Below are positions 8,805-18,108 of a stretch of DNA of 64,000 nucleotides, piece after piece; the stretch's first letter is position 1, and each line of letters starts with the position of its first letter. The DNA is from Polyangiaceae bacterium (lineage in GTDB: Bacteria > Myxococcota_A > Polyangia > Polyangiales > Polyangiaceae), in NCBI GenBank assembly GCA_033763455.1, contig JANRKO010000047.1:1-64000 (forward strand). Reading direction: 5' to 3'. The notes beneath the pieces are model-generated. The model was given only the letters and a program-made list of their open reading frames with translations, ran no database searches and was not told the origin of the DNA. The position numbers and the translations under genes were made by a program.

Positions 8805-10142
8805 ATGCTGAAACGCTCCGCAATCGCCCCCGAAGACGTTCACAGCACGCTCGCCCAACACCTCTTGGTGGACGGCTACCCGATTGTGATCGACTTCGAA
8901 CACAGCCGAGGCTCTTACCTCCGAGATGCCATCAGCGGCCGAGAGTATCTCGATTTTTTCTCCTTCTTCGCCTCCAACCCCATCGGCTTCAATCACCCAT
9001 CGATGGTGGAGCCAGAAACCCAAGCGCGCTTGGCTCGGGTAGCTACCACTAAGGTGTCGAATGCCGACTACTACAGCACGTACATGGCGGAGTTTGTGGA
9101 CACCTTCGCCAGGAGCGCGGCACCTCCGGAGCTACCTCATTACTTCTTCATTGATGGCGGAGCGCTGGCTGTTGAGAACGCCATGAAAGCGGCGTTCGAC
9201 TGGAAGGTGCGGAAGAACCTCGCGAGAGGTTTGGGCGAGAAAGGACATCAGATCTTGCACCTTGAGCATGCTTTTCATGGGCGCTCAGGTTACACGCTGA
9301 GCGTCACCAACACCGACCCCACCAAAACGCTTCACTACCCAAAGTTCGACTGGCCGCGAATTCCCTCTCCCAAGCTCGACTTCCCGAGTAATGCCCTCAA
9401 CCTAGAGCGCGCCGAAATCGCGGAAAATTCCGCAATTTCTGCGGCAAAGCGCTATTTTGAAGAACGCCCAGACGACATTGCAGCCATCTTGATCGAGCCC
9501 ATCCAAGGAGAAGGTGGCGACCAACACTTTCGACCAGAATTTTTCCGCAAGTTGCGCACCCTTGCCGATGAGCACGAAGCCCTGCTCATCTACGATGAGG
9601 TACAAACCGGGCTCGGCATAACTGGCAAGTGGTGGGCGTATCAGCACCACGGTGTGAGCCCGGATATTCTATGCTTTGCCAAGAAGATGCAAGTTGGTGG
9701 AATTGCAGTGTCCCGCCGTATTGATGAGGTTGCGGAAAATGTCTTCAAGGTGCCAAGCCGCATCAACAGCACTTGGGGAGCATCCCTTGTAGACATGGTG
9801 CGTTGCACTCGCATTTTGGAGATCATCGAAAACGAGAATCTATTGGAGAATGCAGCACTCCGAGGGCAACAACTGCAAGCGGGGCTCAATGAGCTTCAGA
9901 CACGTTTCCCAGAGCATCTTTCCAACGCACGCGGTTCGGGGCTGATGTGCGCCATCGACGTATCGAGCACCGAACTTCGTAATCGCATTATCCGTCAGTG
10001 CTTCGAAGATCAGGTCATCGTGCTCGCAAGCGGGCGCCGCGCCATTCGCTTTCGCCCGACGCTCGCCGTACCGAGCGAGGCGATTGCTCTCGGGCTTTCG
10101 CGCCTTCAAATTGCTGTCGGCCGCGCGATCGACGCGGGGTAA
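8805..10142 (+). CDS. lat: L-lysine 6-transaminase (class III aminotransferase)
   Basis: GALAVENAMKAAFDWK, AFHGRSGYTLS, EPIQGEGGD, DEVQTG, SRINSTWG. Confidence 0.9.
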   Translation: MLKRSAIAPEDVHSTLAQHLLVDGYPIVIDFEHSRGSYLRDAISGREYLDFFSFFASNPIGFNHPSMVEPETQARLARVATTKVSNADYYSTYMAEFVDTFARSAAPPELPHYFFIDGGALAVENAMKAAFDWKVRKNLARGLGEKGHQILHLEHAFHGRSGYTLSVTNTDPTKTLHYPKFDWPRIPSPKLDFPSNALNLERAEIAENSAISAAKRYFEERPDDIAAILIEPIQGEGGDQHFRPEFFRKLRTLADEHEALLIYDEVQTGLGITGKWWAYQHHGVSPDILCFAKKMQVGGIAVSRRIDEVAENVFKVPSRINSTWGASLVDMVRCTRILEIIENENLLENAALRGQQLQAGLNELQTRFPEHLSNARGSGLMCAIDVSSTELRNRIIRQCFEDQVIVLASGRRAIRFRPTLAVPSEAIALGLSRLQIAVGRAIDAG

Positions 10143-10158
10143 CTTGGTCTGACGCGAG

Positions 10159-10638
10159 CTAGGTTGGCTTCTTCCCTAGGCGAGCTGCGGCATCCGCCGT
10201 GAGCCGCTCGGTTTCGCTGCCCCCGGTCACAGCGGGGCTATAGGCTCGAAGCTCATGGCTCACCCGATCTCCAAGGGCACGGGCGACCTTGGCCATCATA
10301 TCGGGGACCTCTTCTATCAACTGAGACCAAGAGGGGCCGGCATCCGCATCCACACTAAGAAGCTGGGCTTGGCCGTTGCGATCCACTGTGATCGCAGCCA
10401 CCGGATCGAGCTCAATTGCGCCGCCCGCACCTGCCGCACCCGTATTGCCACCCAGCTTCGCACCCTGTGCGCCGGCACTCGCATTGGCGGCGCCAAAGGC
10501 AACCTTAAGGCGATGAACCGCGATCACGGTGGCGTCCCCCACTTGCTGAGGTTTGCCCACAACCGTTTGGCTGCGCGAGATGCCGTGGACACCATCGAGC
10601 AAGCTGCTCACAATCTCTGTCAATTTATCGTCGCTCAT
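10159..10638 (-). CDS. GerW/YtfJ-family protein
   Basis: VVGKP..VGDATVIAVHRLKVAFG..GAGGAIELDPVA. Confidence 0.7.
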   Translation of the reverse strand: MSDDKLTEIVSSLLDGVHGISRSQTVVGKPQQVGDATVIAVHRLKVAFGAANASAGAQGAKLGGNTGAAGAGGAIELDPVAAITVDRNGQAQLLSVDADAGPSWSQLIEEVPDMMAKVARALGDRVSHELRAYSPAVTGGSETERLTADAAARLGKKPT

Positions 10639-11290
10639 GGGACTCCGGATCGGGTGCGGTGAGGCTTTCGGGATTGGGTGCCTGAGCCGAGGGGCGCTTG
10701 CGGGAGCTCAGCATGAACTTTGCGGTGTCCCACAGCAAGGCCAAAAGAAAGACTTTTATTGAGCCTACTCCGCTAAATTCAGCGCGATCCTCCGCAACCC
10801 ATGCAGGGTGGTGTTGCAGCCGAATCGGTGCGGGCAACACCCCAGAAAGCGCGTACAAAGCAGCGGCCACCTTGCCAGTAAGGGCGACGTTGGAAAAACC
10901 ATAGCTGAGATCTAGATCCAGCTTTTTGACCTGAATTCGGCGCCTCTCGGTGATTAAGAATAGTAGCCAATCCATCACCTTCGCGGCGAGCCCTGCTAGA
11001 TCTTTCGGTGTCTGTGTCTGCGACTCGGACTTTCGCTCGGTGGGTTGTTCAACCTTCGCCCGCGGCCAGATTTTGCGATCTTTGCCCAATATACGGAGCG
11101 TCACGCGTGCGGGCACCTCCGCAGCTTGTACGAAACTCGTGACGAGCGGCCCTACCTGAAGTGCGCCCGCGAGAGCCCATGCTCCATCCGGCCGGCCACG
11201 TCCCTGCACGTGCAGCCGGATCTCAAAGGACCACAAAGCCAGGCCAACGGCAAAAACGACCGCGACGCTAACTAGTAGTAACAGCCACAC
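10625..11290 (-). CDS. DUF2953 (YtfI-like) domain protein
   Basis: N-terminal TM, L.L.YGF.N.ALTG...AALYAL motif, located between two YtfJ-like genes. Confidence 0.6.
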   Translation of the reverse strand: MWLLLLVSVAVVFAVGLALWSFEIRLHVQGRGRPDGAWALAGALQVGPLVTSFVQAAEVPARVTLRILGKDRKIWPRAKVEQPTERKSESQTQTPKDLAGLAAKVMDWLLFLITERRRIQVKKLDLDLSYGFSNVALTGKVAAALYALSGVLPAPIRLQHHPAWVAEDRAEFSGVGSIKVFLLALLWDTAKFMLSSRKRPSAQAPNPESLTAPDPESHERR

Positions 11291-11302
11291 AAGCTTACGC
11301 GC

Positions 11303-11719
11303 TTAGGACTCGCCGCTCGAAGCACCATTTGCGGTTAACTCACCACGTGCTTGAGCTACAAGCAACGCCGCTTCCGCGTCGGGCCCGATCGCCACGCCAC
11401 GCCGTATGACGGCGGCCTTCCCCTTTTTGAGGGCCATCATGTAGGGATGCCCATCTTCGCCAACGATCACAAAGGCTCGCGGCTCGACCACAATAGCCCC
11501 ACCTACGCCACCCGCTTCCGCATTTCCCCCGCCCTCGCTCTCACCACCCTGTGAACGCCCTCCGAGTTGCCCGGTGCCAGAACCAAAACCGATGCTGATC
11601 CGGCTGAGCGGAACAACCGTGGCCTTGCCCGCGTCCCTCGGAGCCCCTACCACGGCGTCGCTTTCGCTCACCTTCTGGAGCTCTGAAAGTAGCCCTTCTA
11701 CCAAGCCTTTCAGGTTCAT
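11303..11719 (-). CDS. GerW/YtfJ-family protein
   Basis: VVGAP...TVVPLSRISIGFGSG...GGVGGAIVVEPRAFVIV. Confidence 0.8.
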   Translation of the reverse strand: MNLKGLVEGLLSELQKVSESDAVVGAPRDAGKATVVPLSRISIGFGSGTGQLGGRSQGGESEGGGNAEAGGVGGAIVVEPRAFVIVGEDGHPYMMALKKGKAAVIRRGVAIGPDAEAALLVAQARGELTANGASSGES

Positions 11720-11790
11720 CGTAGGCGGAGGCAACCACGGAGTGGAGGCGCCGTCAAATAGACCCTTTCGTGGTAGGCTCCGCCCCCAAA

Positions 11791-12528
11791 ATGCGCACCG
11801 AACACTACGGCGGACTCACGGTTCGAATCACTGGCGGCACGGACAGAAACGGAGGCGGAACCGGTCCATTGATCGTGCTTTTGCATGGGTATGGCGCACC
11901 GGGTACGGATCTGGTCGGCCTCTGGCGCGAGGTAAATGTCCCGAGCTCCGTGCGTTTTGCGTTTCCTGAGGCCCCCATCGCGCTCAACCTGGGGTTTGGT
12001 GAACCCGGGCGAGCTTGGTGGAATATCGACATGGCCGCGCTGCAGCGCGTCAGCATCACCAGAGACTACGAGGCTCTCGCCAACAACGTACCCGAAGGCC
12101 TCGTGGAGGCCCGAGAACAGCTGAGCTTGCACCTTGAGCTCCTCAAGGAACAACTCCAAGTTCCAGACGCACAGCTCTTGCTCGGAGGGTTTTCGCAAGG
12201 TGCCATGTTAAGTTGTGAACTTGCGTTTGAGACACCATTGCCGCTCGCCGGGCTTTGCGTATTGAGCGGGACGCTCATCCACCGCTCGGCCTGGCAGCCC
12301 CATATGGCCGCTCGTAAGGGCCTTGCCGTCCTGCAAAGCCATGGGCGCGCTGATCCCATCCTACCCTTTGCTCTGGCCGAACGCTTGCGGGACGACATGC
12401 TCGGCGCCGGCCTACAAGTGCAGTTCATCCCCTTCAACGGTGGGCATGGCATCGGGGGCAGCGTGCTTGACGGCCTCCAGTCCCTCATCACTCGCACATT
12501 GGTCAAGCCTGTGGTTGGCGGGGCTTGA
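11791..12528 (+). CDS. Phospholipase/carboxylesterase (alpha/beta hydrolase)
   Basis: LLHGYGA, GGFSQGAM, SHGRADPILP, GGHGI. Confidence 0.9.
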   Translation: MRTEHYGGLTVRITGGTDRNGGGTGPLIVLLHGYGAPGTDLVGLWREVNVPSSVRFAFPEAPIALNLGFGEPGRAWWNIDMAALQRVSITRDYEALANNVPEGLVEAREQLSLHLELLKEQLQVPDAQLLLGGFSQGAMLSCELAFETPLPLAGLCVLSGTLIHRSAWQPHMAARKGLAVLQSHGRADPILPFALAERLRDDMLGAGLQVQFIPFNGGHGIGGSVLDGLQSLITRTLVKPVVGGA

Positions 12529-12560
12529 TCCGTGCTACGCGAACGGATCCCCAAAGGCCA

Positions 12561-15026
12561 ATGACAAAATCGACCGAGGACAACGCAACACCCCAGAACG
12601 ATCCCGACTGCGATCGCCTCGTGCGCGAGGAAGAAGCCTGCCTGACGCGAGTGTTGAACCACGTGGCGGCGCGGGCACAAGAGCCCGCTGAGGTGAAGGC
12701 CAACTACGACGTGGAGCTTCTTGCCCTGCGTGACGAAATCGCGACGGCACGCCAGGAAGATCTGGCTCCTTTGGTCGAGGAAATGACCCGCATGCAAGCG
12801 CTCGCTGCTCGTCGCGGGCAAGCAGCGCAGGGCACGGTAGACGCTCGTTCTCCGTATTTCGGGCATCTGGTTCTGCAAGAGAACAAGAAGGAACGCGAGG
12901 TCTTGATCGGTCGCTCCACGTATCTGGATACCAAGGCCGGTGTCCGCATCGTGGATTGGCGGGACGCGCCGGTGAGCCGCATCTATTATCGCTACGACGA
13001 GGGGGACGACTACGAGGAATCCTTCGGAGCTCGTGAGGTATTGGGCGTCGTCAAAACGCGCCGCGCCGTTACGATTACCAATTCCGTGCTCCGGCGCATC
13101 GTGGCACCGCAGGGCTCATTCGTGCGGGGGAAATCGGGCTGGCGAAAGCTAGATGCGCAAAGTGCTCGGCTCAAGGGCGGCGAAGGCGCGGCCCCACGCC
13201 CCGAGCGCCAAAAAGGGCGTCTCGGCATCGGTGAGGAGGGCGAAAGCAGCGACGATAAGCGCCTGCGCGAGATCACCCCTCTCATCGATCCCCGTCAATT
13301 TGAGCTTATTACGCGGCCAGATTCCGGAGTGGTGGTGATTCAGGGAGGAGCCGGTAGCGGGAAGACCACCGTAGGTCTTCACCGGATGGCGTACCTAGCC
13401 TTCCACGACAAGCACCGTTTCAGCCCTGACCGCATGATGGTCATCGTCTTCAACGATGCCCTAGCGCGTTACATGTCGCAGCTGCTTCCCGAGCTCGGCG
13501 TCGGCGGTGTTGCCATCCGCACCTACGAGGATTGGGCCGGCCGCTTGCGTGGCCAGCACCTCCCTCACCTGCCCCAAGCATACAACGAGTTTACGCCCGG
13601 CGAAGTCACCAAGGTGAAAAAGCACCCGGTGATGCTGCAGATGATCGACAGCTACGTAGCCACGCTCGCCGATCGGCTGGAAGGCGAAATTGTCAGTGCT
13701 TTGCAGCGTGGAGGTGCAGAAGATCGCACGGCGGCGTTCGTGCAGCACTGGCGCGAAGGCAAAAATAAGCCCCTCTACCACCGTGTGATGGCACTGAAAG
13801 CAGCCGTAGAACGCCAGCTGCTCGAAGATCTACCCACCAACGCCCGGGTGGGCTTGGAAAGGGTTATCCGGGATGGCTCCACCCTCTCCCGGGATATCCT
13901 CTCCGCCTGGGCGGATTTGCTGACGGATCTACCGCGGCTCAAGCAGAGCTTCGCCGAGTGGGGCGACGGCAAGCTCTCTACAGATGAATTAAAGCGTGCG
14001 CATGAGTGGTGCGTTCTACACTGCCCCGCAGTTGTTACATTTCAGGAAGAGGCGCTTGAGGACGAAGCCGCCGCTGAAGAAGCGGAGCCCGAGCCGAAGA
14101 ACACAAAGAAGTCAAAGAGCTCCAAAGAAGAGGATTCGAACGAGGACGAAAGCTCGGAAGACGACCGCTCACAGGGTATCGACGGGCGCGCCGTGGAGGA
14201 CCACGTTACCCTCGATCGCGAAGACGACGCCTTGCTTTTGCGCTTAGGCCAACGCCTACGGGGCCCTCTTCGCAAGCACCTAAGAAGCAAAGAAGCGATC
14301 ATCTATGAGCATGTTTTCATCGATGAAACGCAGGATTTGAGCCCGGTAGAGCTCGCGGTGGTGCTCGATTGTGTGAGCCCGGCCAAGTGCGTCACCTTTG
14401 CAGGCGACGTGGCCCAGCGCCTTCTGCTCGATAACGGCTTCTCCAATTGGAAAGATGTGCTTGGGCAGTTAGGCCTCAATCACGTAGAAGTGGAGCCACT
14501 CAAGTTGAGCTATCGCTCCACACATCAGATCATCGATCTTGCACAGCATGTGCTGGGGGATCTCGCTCCGACAGATCCTCCCGTGGCCACGCGCGATGGC
14601 GCGCCGGTGGAGCTATTTTGCTTCTCTCACACGGGGGATGCCGCAAGCTTCTTGGCGGAGGCTCTGCGGGAGTTGTTAGTGGAAGAGCCACGAGCCTCGG
14701 TGGCCGTGATTGCGCGCTACCCCGAACACGCAGACGCCTACTTCCACGCACTCAAACAGGCAGAAATCCCGCTCGTGCGACGCATCGCCGACCAAGATTT
14801 CCCGTTCAAGCCAGGGGTGGACGTCACCGATGTTCGCCAGGTGAAGGGCCTCGAATTCGACTACGTGGTCGTGGTGGAAGCCTCGGAAGCCGGATATCCA
14901 ACAGACGATGAATCGCGTCACTTGCTCCACATTGCGGCCACGCGCGCCGCACACCAACTGTGGCTACTGAGCTCAGGCAGGCCCAGCCTGCTTCTTCCGA
15001 GCGCACTCACCGAAGACGCGTTCTAG
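12561..15026 (+). CDS. Superfamily I helicase, HelD/UvrD-like
   Basis: SPYFG..IVDWRDAPVS, QGGAGSGKTT, IDETQD, GDVAQ, SYRS, KGLEFD, AATRA. Confidence 0.85.
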   Translation: MTKSTEDNATPQNDPDCDRLVREEEACLTRVLNHVAARAQEPAEVKANYDVELLALRDEIATARQEDLAPLVEEMTRMQALAARRGQAAQGTVDARSPYFGHLVLQENKKEREVLIGRSTYLDTKAGVRIVDWRDAPVSRIYYRYDEGDDYEESFGAREVLGVVKTRRAVTITNSVLRRIVAPQGSFVRGKSGWRKLDAQSARLKGGEGAAPRPERQKGRLGIGEEGESSDDKRLREITPLIDPRQFELITRPDSGVVVIQGGAGSGKTTVGLHRMAYLAFHDKHRFSPDRMMVIVFNDALARYMSQLLPELGVGGVAIRTYEDWAGRLRGQHLPHLPQAYNEFTPGEVTKVKKHPVMLQMIDSYVATLADRLEGEIVSALQRGGAEDRTAAFVQHWREGKNKPLYHRVMALKAAVERQLLEDLPTNARVGLERVIRDGSTLSRDILSAWADLLTDLPRLKQSFAEWGDGKLSTDELKRAHEWCVLHCPAVVTFQEEALEDEAAAEEAEPEPKNTKKSKSSKEEDSNEDESSEDDRSQGIDGRAVEDHVTLDREDDALLLRLGQRLRGPLRKHLRSKEAIIYEHVFIDETQDLSPVELAVVLDCVSPAKCVTFAGDVAQRLLLDNGFSNWKDVLGQLGLNHVEVEPLKLSYRSTHQIIDLAQHVLGDLAPTDPPVATRDGAPVELFCFSHTGDAASFLAEALRELLVEEPRASVAVIARYPEHADAYFHALKQAEIPLVRRIADQDFPFKPGVDVTDVRQVKGLEFDYVVVVEASEAGYPTDDESRHLLHIAATRAAHQLWLLSSGRPSLLLPSALTEDAF

Positions 15027-15060
15027 TTCGCAAAGGTGAGTGGGGTGGTTAGGGGGTGAG

Positions 15061-15137
15061 TGCCCACCCCCGCCGCCGCTTTCGCGGCGGCTGGCCCCTC
15101 GCCAAATGTCTCCCGAAGCGGGAGCCATGGGAGGGGC
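15061..15137 (+). repeat. Left arm of about 77-bp imperfect inverted repeat
   Basis: Matches the reverse complement of 15592-15669. Confidence 0.8.
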
Positions 15138-15591
15138 ATTGCGACGCCGTGAGCGTGATGCGTATTTTCGCGAGCGCAGAATGTTAATCCGGCTCCGCGC
15201 CCGCAAAGGCTCGCCGCGTTGAGGTGTCCGGGCGGGCGCGGAGCTCGATCTTCTGAGGCGAGGCGCGCGCCAGGGCTCCGCTGCTAAAGAATAGTCAAAG
15301 CTTCGCCTCGCCTCAGAAAATCGAGCCCAGTTGAAGGGTGACCACGACAAACAGCGTGGGCCACGCGTCGCCGATCCTGGGCCGCCACCGAGTGCACCTT
15401 AGATTAACCGCAAACTGCTGTTACCCCTTCCCGCAACCCTCCAATTAGGCTCGTTTTTGGGATTGGGCATTTGCGTGGTCCCCGCCGTCCCTTTCGCTGT
15501 ATTTCTCCCCAATCTCAAAAACGAGCAGCCGCGCTGCCCAAGGCTTTTCCGGTTGCCAGCCCTGGCTGCGGCGCGGAGCAGCCAGGCACAC

Positions 15592-15669
15592 GCCCCTCCC
15601 GTGGCTCCCGCCTAGGCAGACACTTGGCGAGGGGCAAGCGGCCGCTTCGAGCGGCAGCGGGGGTGGGCA
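15592..15669 (-). repeat. Right arm of about 77-bp imperfect inverted repeat
   Basis: Reverse complement aligns with 15061-15137. Confidence 0.8.
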
Positions 15670-15689
15670 TCCAACCAATTCGGTGAACG

Positions 15690-15724
15690 CTCAATACTCA
15701 ATACTCAATACTCAACACTCAATG
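15690..15724 (+). repeat. Heptamer tandem repeat (CTCAATA)x5, last two degenerate
   Basis: ctcaata ctcaata ctcaata ctcaaca ctcaatg. Confidence 0.85.
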
Positions 15725-16633
15725 CAACACCGGCAAATGTACTTGATCGATGTGCGTGCGAGATAACCGCATGCGCCAATCAACACCCACCATGTCCCCC
15801 GGCTTCAGCGGTTCCCAGACGTTTTCACCTTGAAGCGGTTCACTCGAAAGGATCAGGTGATTGACGTGACCAACGTCCGTCGGCGTTTCGCAGGCAGCCG
15901 ACAAGCTGGGGCATTCGTCCCGCTCGGGACAGCGATTCTTGTAGGTGGAGAGAAAGAGGCCCCGCCCGCCGTGCGTGGCAACAAGCGTTTCTCCGTCGGT
16001 CACAATCACCGTGAGGGCACAGCCGGGGGCCAAGCCATTGACACTTTCCGCCGTTGGGATCAGCACGGAGCTCGCCGCACCTGGGACCTGTAGCTCAGGC
16101 GCCGCCGCAATTCGGCGCACAGCGCTCAGGGCACTTGCCAAACAGCGAGACACCTCTTCGGTGGAGTAGCGCCGCGAAAGTGGCCCCAACGTTTGCAGGC
16201 GGCTCAAGAACACGAAGAACACCACTTCGCTGTCCGTCTCTCCCAGGATAAAGCGCCGCAGGTTGGGGGCAACTTCAGCCAAAAGCGCCTCCCGACACAC
16301 TGAGAAATTCGAGATATCTCCATTGTGAGCAAACACCCATTTTCCGTATTGAAATGGGTGGCAGTTAAGCAGCGTCTTCGGGCCCTGAGTCGCTTTTCGG
16401 ACGTGAGCAAGAACCGTCTCCGAGGAGACGACGCCGCTCAGCCGATGAAACAGCGCATCTCCCACCGCCGTTAGGGGGCTTCTCGTCAAATGCGGCGTAC
16501 CGTCGATGTAATACGCTACTCCCCAACCATCGGGATGCGCGTTACTCTGTACGCCGAGAGCATTTTCTGCCGCCAAGAGCGAACTGTGAACTTGACTGGC
16601 GATGACACTGCGAAAGCCAAAAAGCCGACACAT
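15719..16633 (-). CDS. Class II glutamine amidotransferase (YafJ/EgtC-like)
   Basis: N-terminal MCRLFG, HPDGWG, AHVRKAT, NCHPF, AHNG, GETDSE. Confidence 0.9.
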   Translation of the reverse strand: MCRLFGFRSVIASQVHSSLLAAENALGVQSNAHPDGWGVAYYIDGTPHLTRSPLTAVGDALFHRLSGVVSSETVLAHVRKATQGPKTLLNCHPFQYGKWVFAHNGDISNFSVCREALLAEVAPNLRRFILGETDSEVVFFVFLSRLQTLGPLSRRYSTEEVSRCLASALSAVRRIAAAPELQVPGAASSVLIPTAESVNGLAPGCALTVIVTDGETLVATHGGRGLFLSTYKNRCPERDECPSLSAACETPTDVGHVNHLILSSEPLQGENVWEPLKPGDMVGVDWRMRLSRTHIDQVHLPVLH

Positions 16634-16737
16634 GGAGCTTGTAACCGATCAACGAGGGCTGGCGTAAAGCTTGCCATAGACCGACATAAGCTGCACCTCC
16701 CGAGGTAGATGTTTCAGGGAATGCGAGAAGAGATCCC

Positions 16738-17463
16738 ATGAAAGACGGCATATTCACCTACAGCGTTTCACCCGAGCTTGAGAAGCTACGCGCACGCCGG
16801 CGTTTCATCGCACAGGCTGCAGCTGGAACAGTCGTCACAGTCCTAGGTGGTGCGTATTACCTGAGTGACGATCTCACCCGAGCCGCGCAGGGGGAAAAGC
16901 GTAAAGATGGCCGCCCAAGGCTTCCCCCGGGGCAGCGCGTGCTCAGCCAGTTGAAGCCCATGGGTGGCCAGCCAGGCAATCCGAACCCTTCGCAATTCAA
17001 GCTTCACGTCCACGGCGAAGTAGAGCAGCCGTTTGAGATCGGCTTCGCCGATCTATTGAAGCTGCCGCAGAGCAAGCAAGCGCTGGATGTGCATTGCGTT
17101 ACCGGCTGGAGCGTGCTCGGTGCGAAATTTGAAGGAGTGTTGGTGAAGACACTGGCCGAAAAGGCGAAACTCAAGCCAAAAGCAAGGTTTGTCGTGTTCG
17201 AGGCAGCCCATGGCTACACGGCCAATGTCTCGCTCAAGGAAGCGCTCAAGCCGGAAGTGATGGTGGCGCATCGCCTTGATGGCGAACCACTCGGCCGCGC
17301 ACACGGAGCTCCCGTGCGCAACATCGTTCCGGATCGGTACTTCTGGAAGAGCGCCAAGTGGCTCACCGGCATTCGTTTCGTTGAACACGATGAACCCGGC
17401 TACTGGGAAACCCGCGGCTACAACAATCACGCTGATCCTTGGCTCGAAGAACGTTATAGCTGA
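16738..17463 (+). CDS. Molybdopterin-dependent oxidoreductase (sulfite oxidase-like)
   Basis: RLPPGQ, DVHCVTGWS, HGAPVR..YFWKSAKW, GYWE.RGY. Confidence 0.9.
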   Translation: MKDGIFTYSVSPELEKLRARRRFIAQAAAGTVVTVLGGAYYLSDDLTRAAQGEKRKDGRPRLPPGQRVLSQLKPMGGQPGNPNPSQFKLHVHGEVEQPFEIGFADLLKLPQSKQALDVHCVTGWSVLGAKFEGVLVKTLAEKAKLKPKARFVVFEAAHGYTANVSLKEALKPEVMVAHRLDGEPLGRAHGAPVRNIVPDRYFWKSAKWLTGIRFVEHDEPGYWETRGYNNHADPWLEERYS

Positions 17464-17505
17464 TCTCGCAGGCCCCCGTCTCCGTTCATCCCCCTGCCGC
17501 ACCTC

Positions 17506-18096
17506 ATGGCCGACCCAGCACAGCCCACAAAAAAGCGCCCGTTTTTGCTTCGCCCCTGGGTACGCGCCATTCACCGAGACGCGGGCTACCTCGTGGTGGG
17601 GCTAACCTTCGTTTACGCGCTTTCCGGTTTAGCCGTGAACCACATCGCGGACTGGGATCCGAACTTTCACCAAGTAGCGCAAACCCACAAGCTCCCGGGC
17701 CCGTTCCCCGCCGATGATCAAGCGGCGGCTAACAAAGTATTGCAGGCGCTGGGCATCACGGAGAAGCCCACGGATGTTTACCGTGTCTCTCCCGAACGCT
17801 TGGACATCACACTCGAACACCGCACCCTGCACCTCGACACCAAGGCGCAACAGGTGCTCGAAGAAGGCCAGAAGCCACGCTTCTTCTTGCGCCTCGCAAA
17901 CTGGTTACATCTGAATCGCGGCAAGAAGGCCTGGAGCTACGTAGCGGACGCCTATGCGGTGATTTTGCTCTACCTTGCGACCTCCGGGCTCTTCATGATC
18001 CCGGGGAAAAAGGGGCTTTGGGGCCGAGGCCTCGTGATTGCACTCATCGGAGCCAGTGTGCCGGTGGGCTACGTGGTTCTCTCGGGAGGGCCTTAG
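17506..18096 (+). CDS. PepSY-associated TM helix protein
   Basis: R.IHRD.GY..YALSGLAVNH and N.LHLNR..W...D. Confidence 0.8.
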   Translation: MADPAQPTKKRPFLLRPWVRAIHRDAGYLVVGLTFVYALSGLAVNHIADWDPNFHQVAQTHKLPGPFPADDQAAANKVLQALGITEKPTDVYRVSPERLDITLEHRTLHLDTKAQQVLEEGQKPRFFLRLANWLHLNRGKKAWSYVADAYAVILLYLATSGLFMIPGKKGLWGRGLVIALIGASVPVGYVVLSGGP

Positions 18097-18108
18097 CGCG
18101 CGAGCGCC

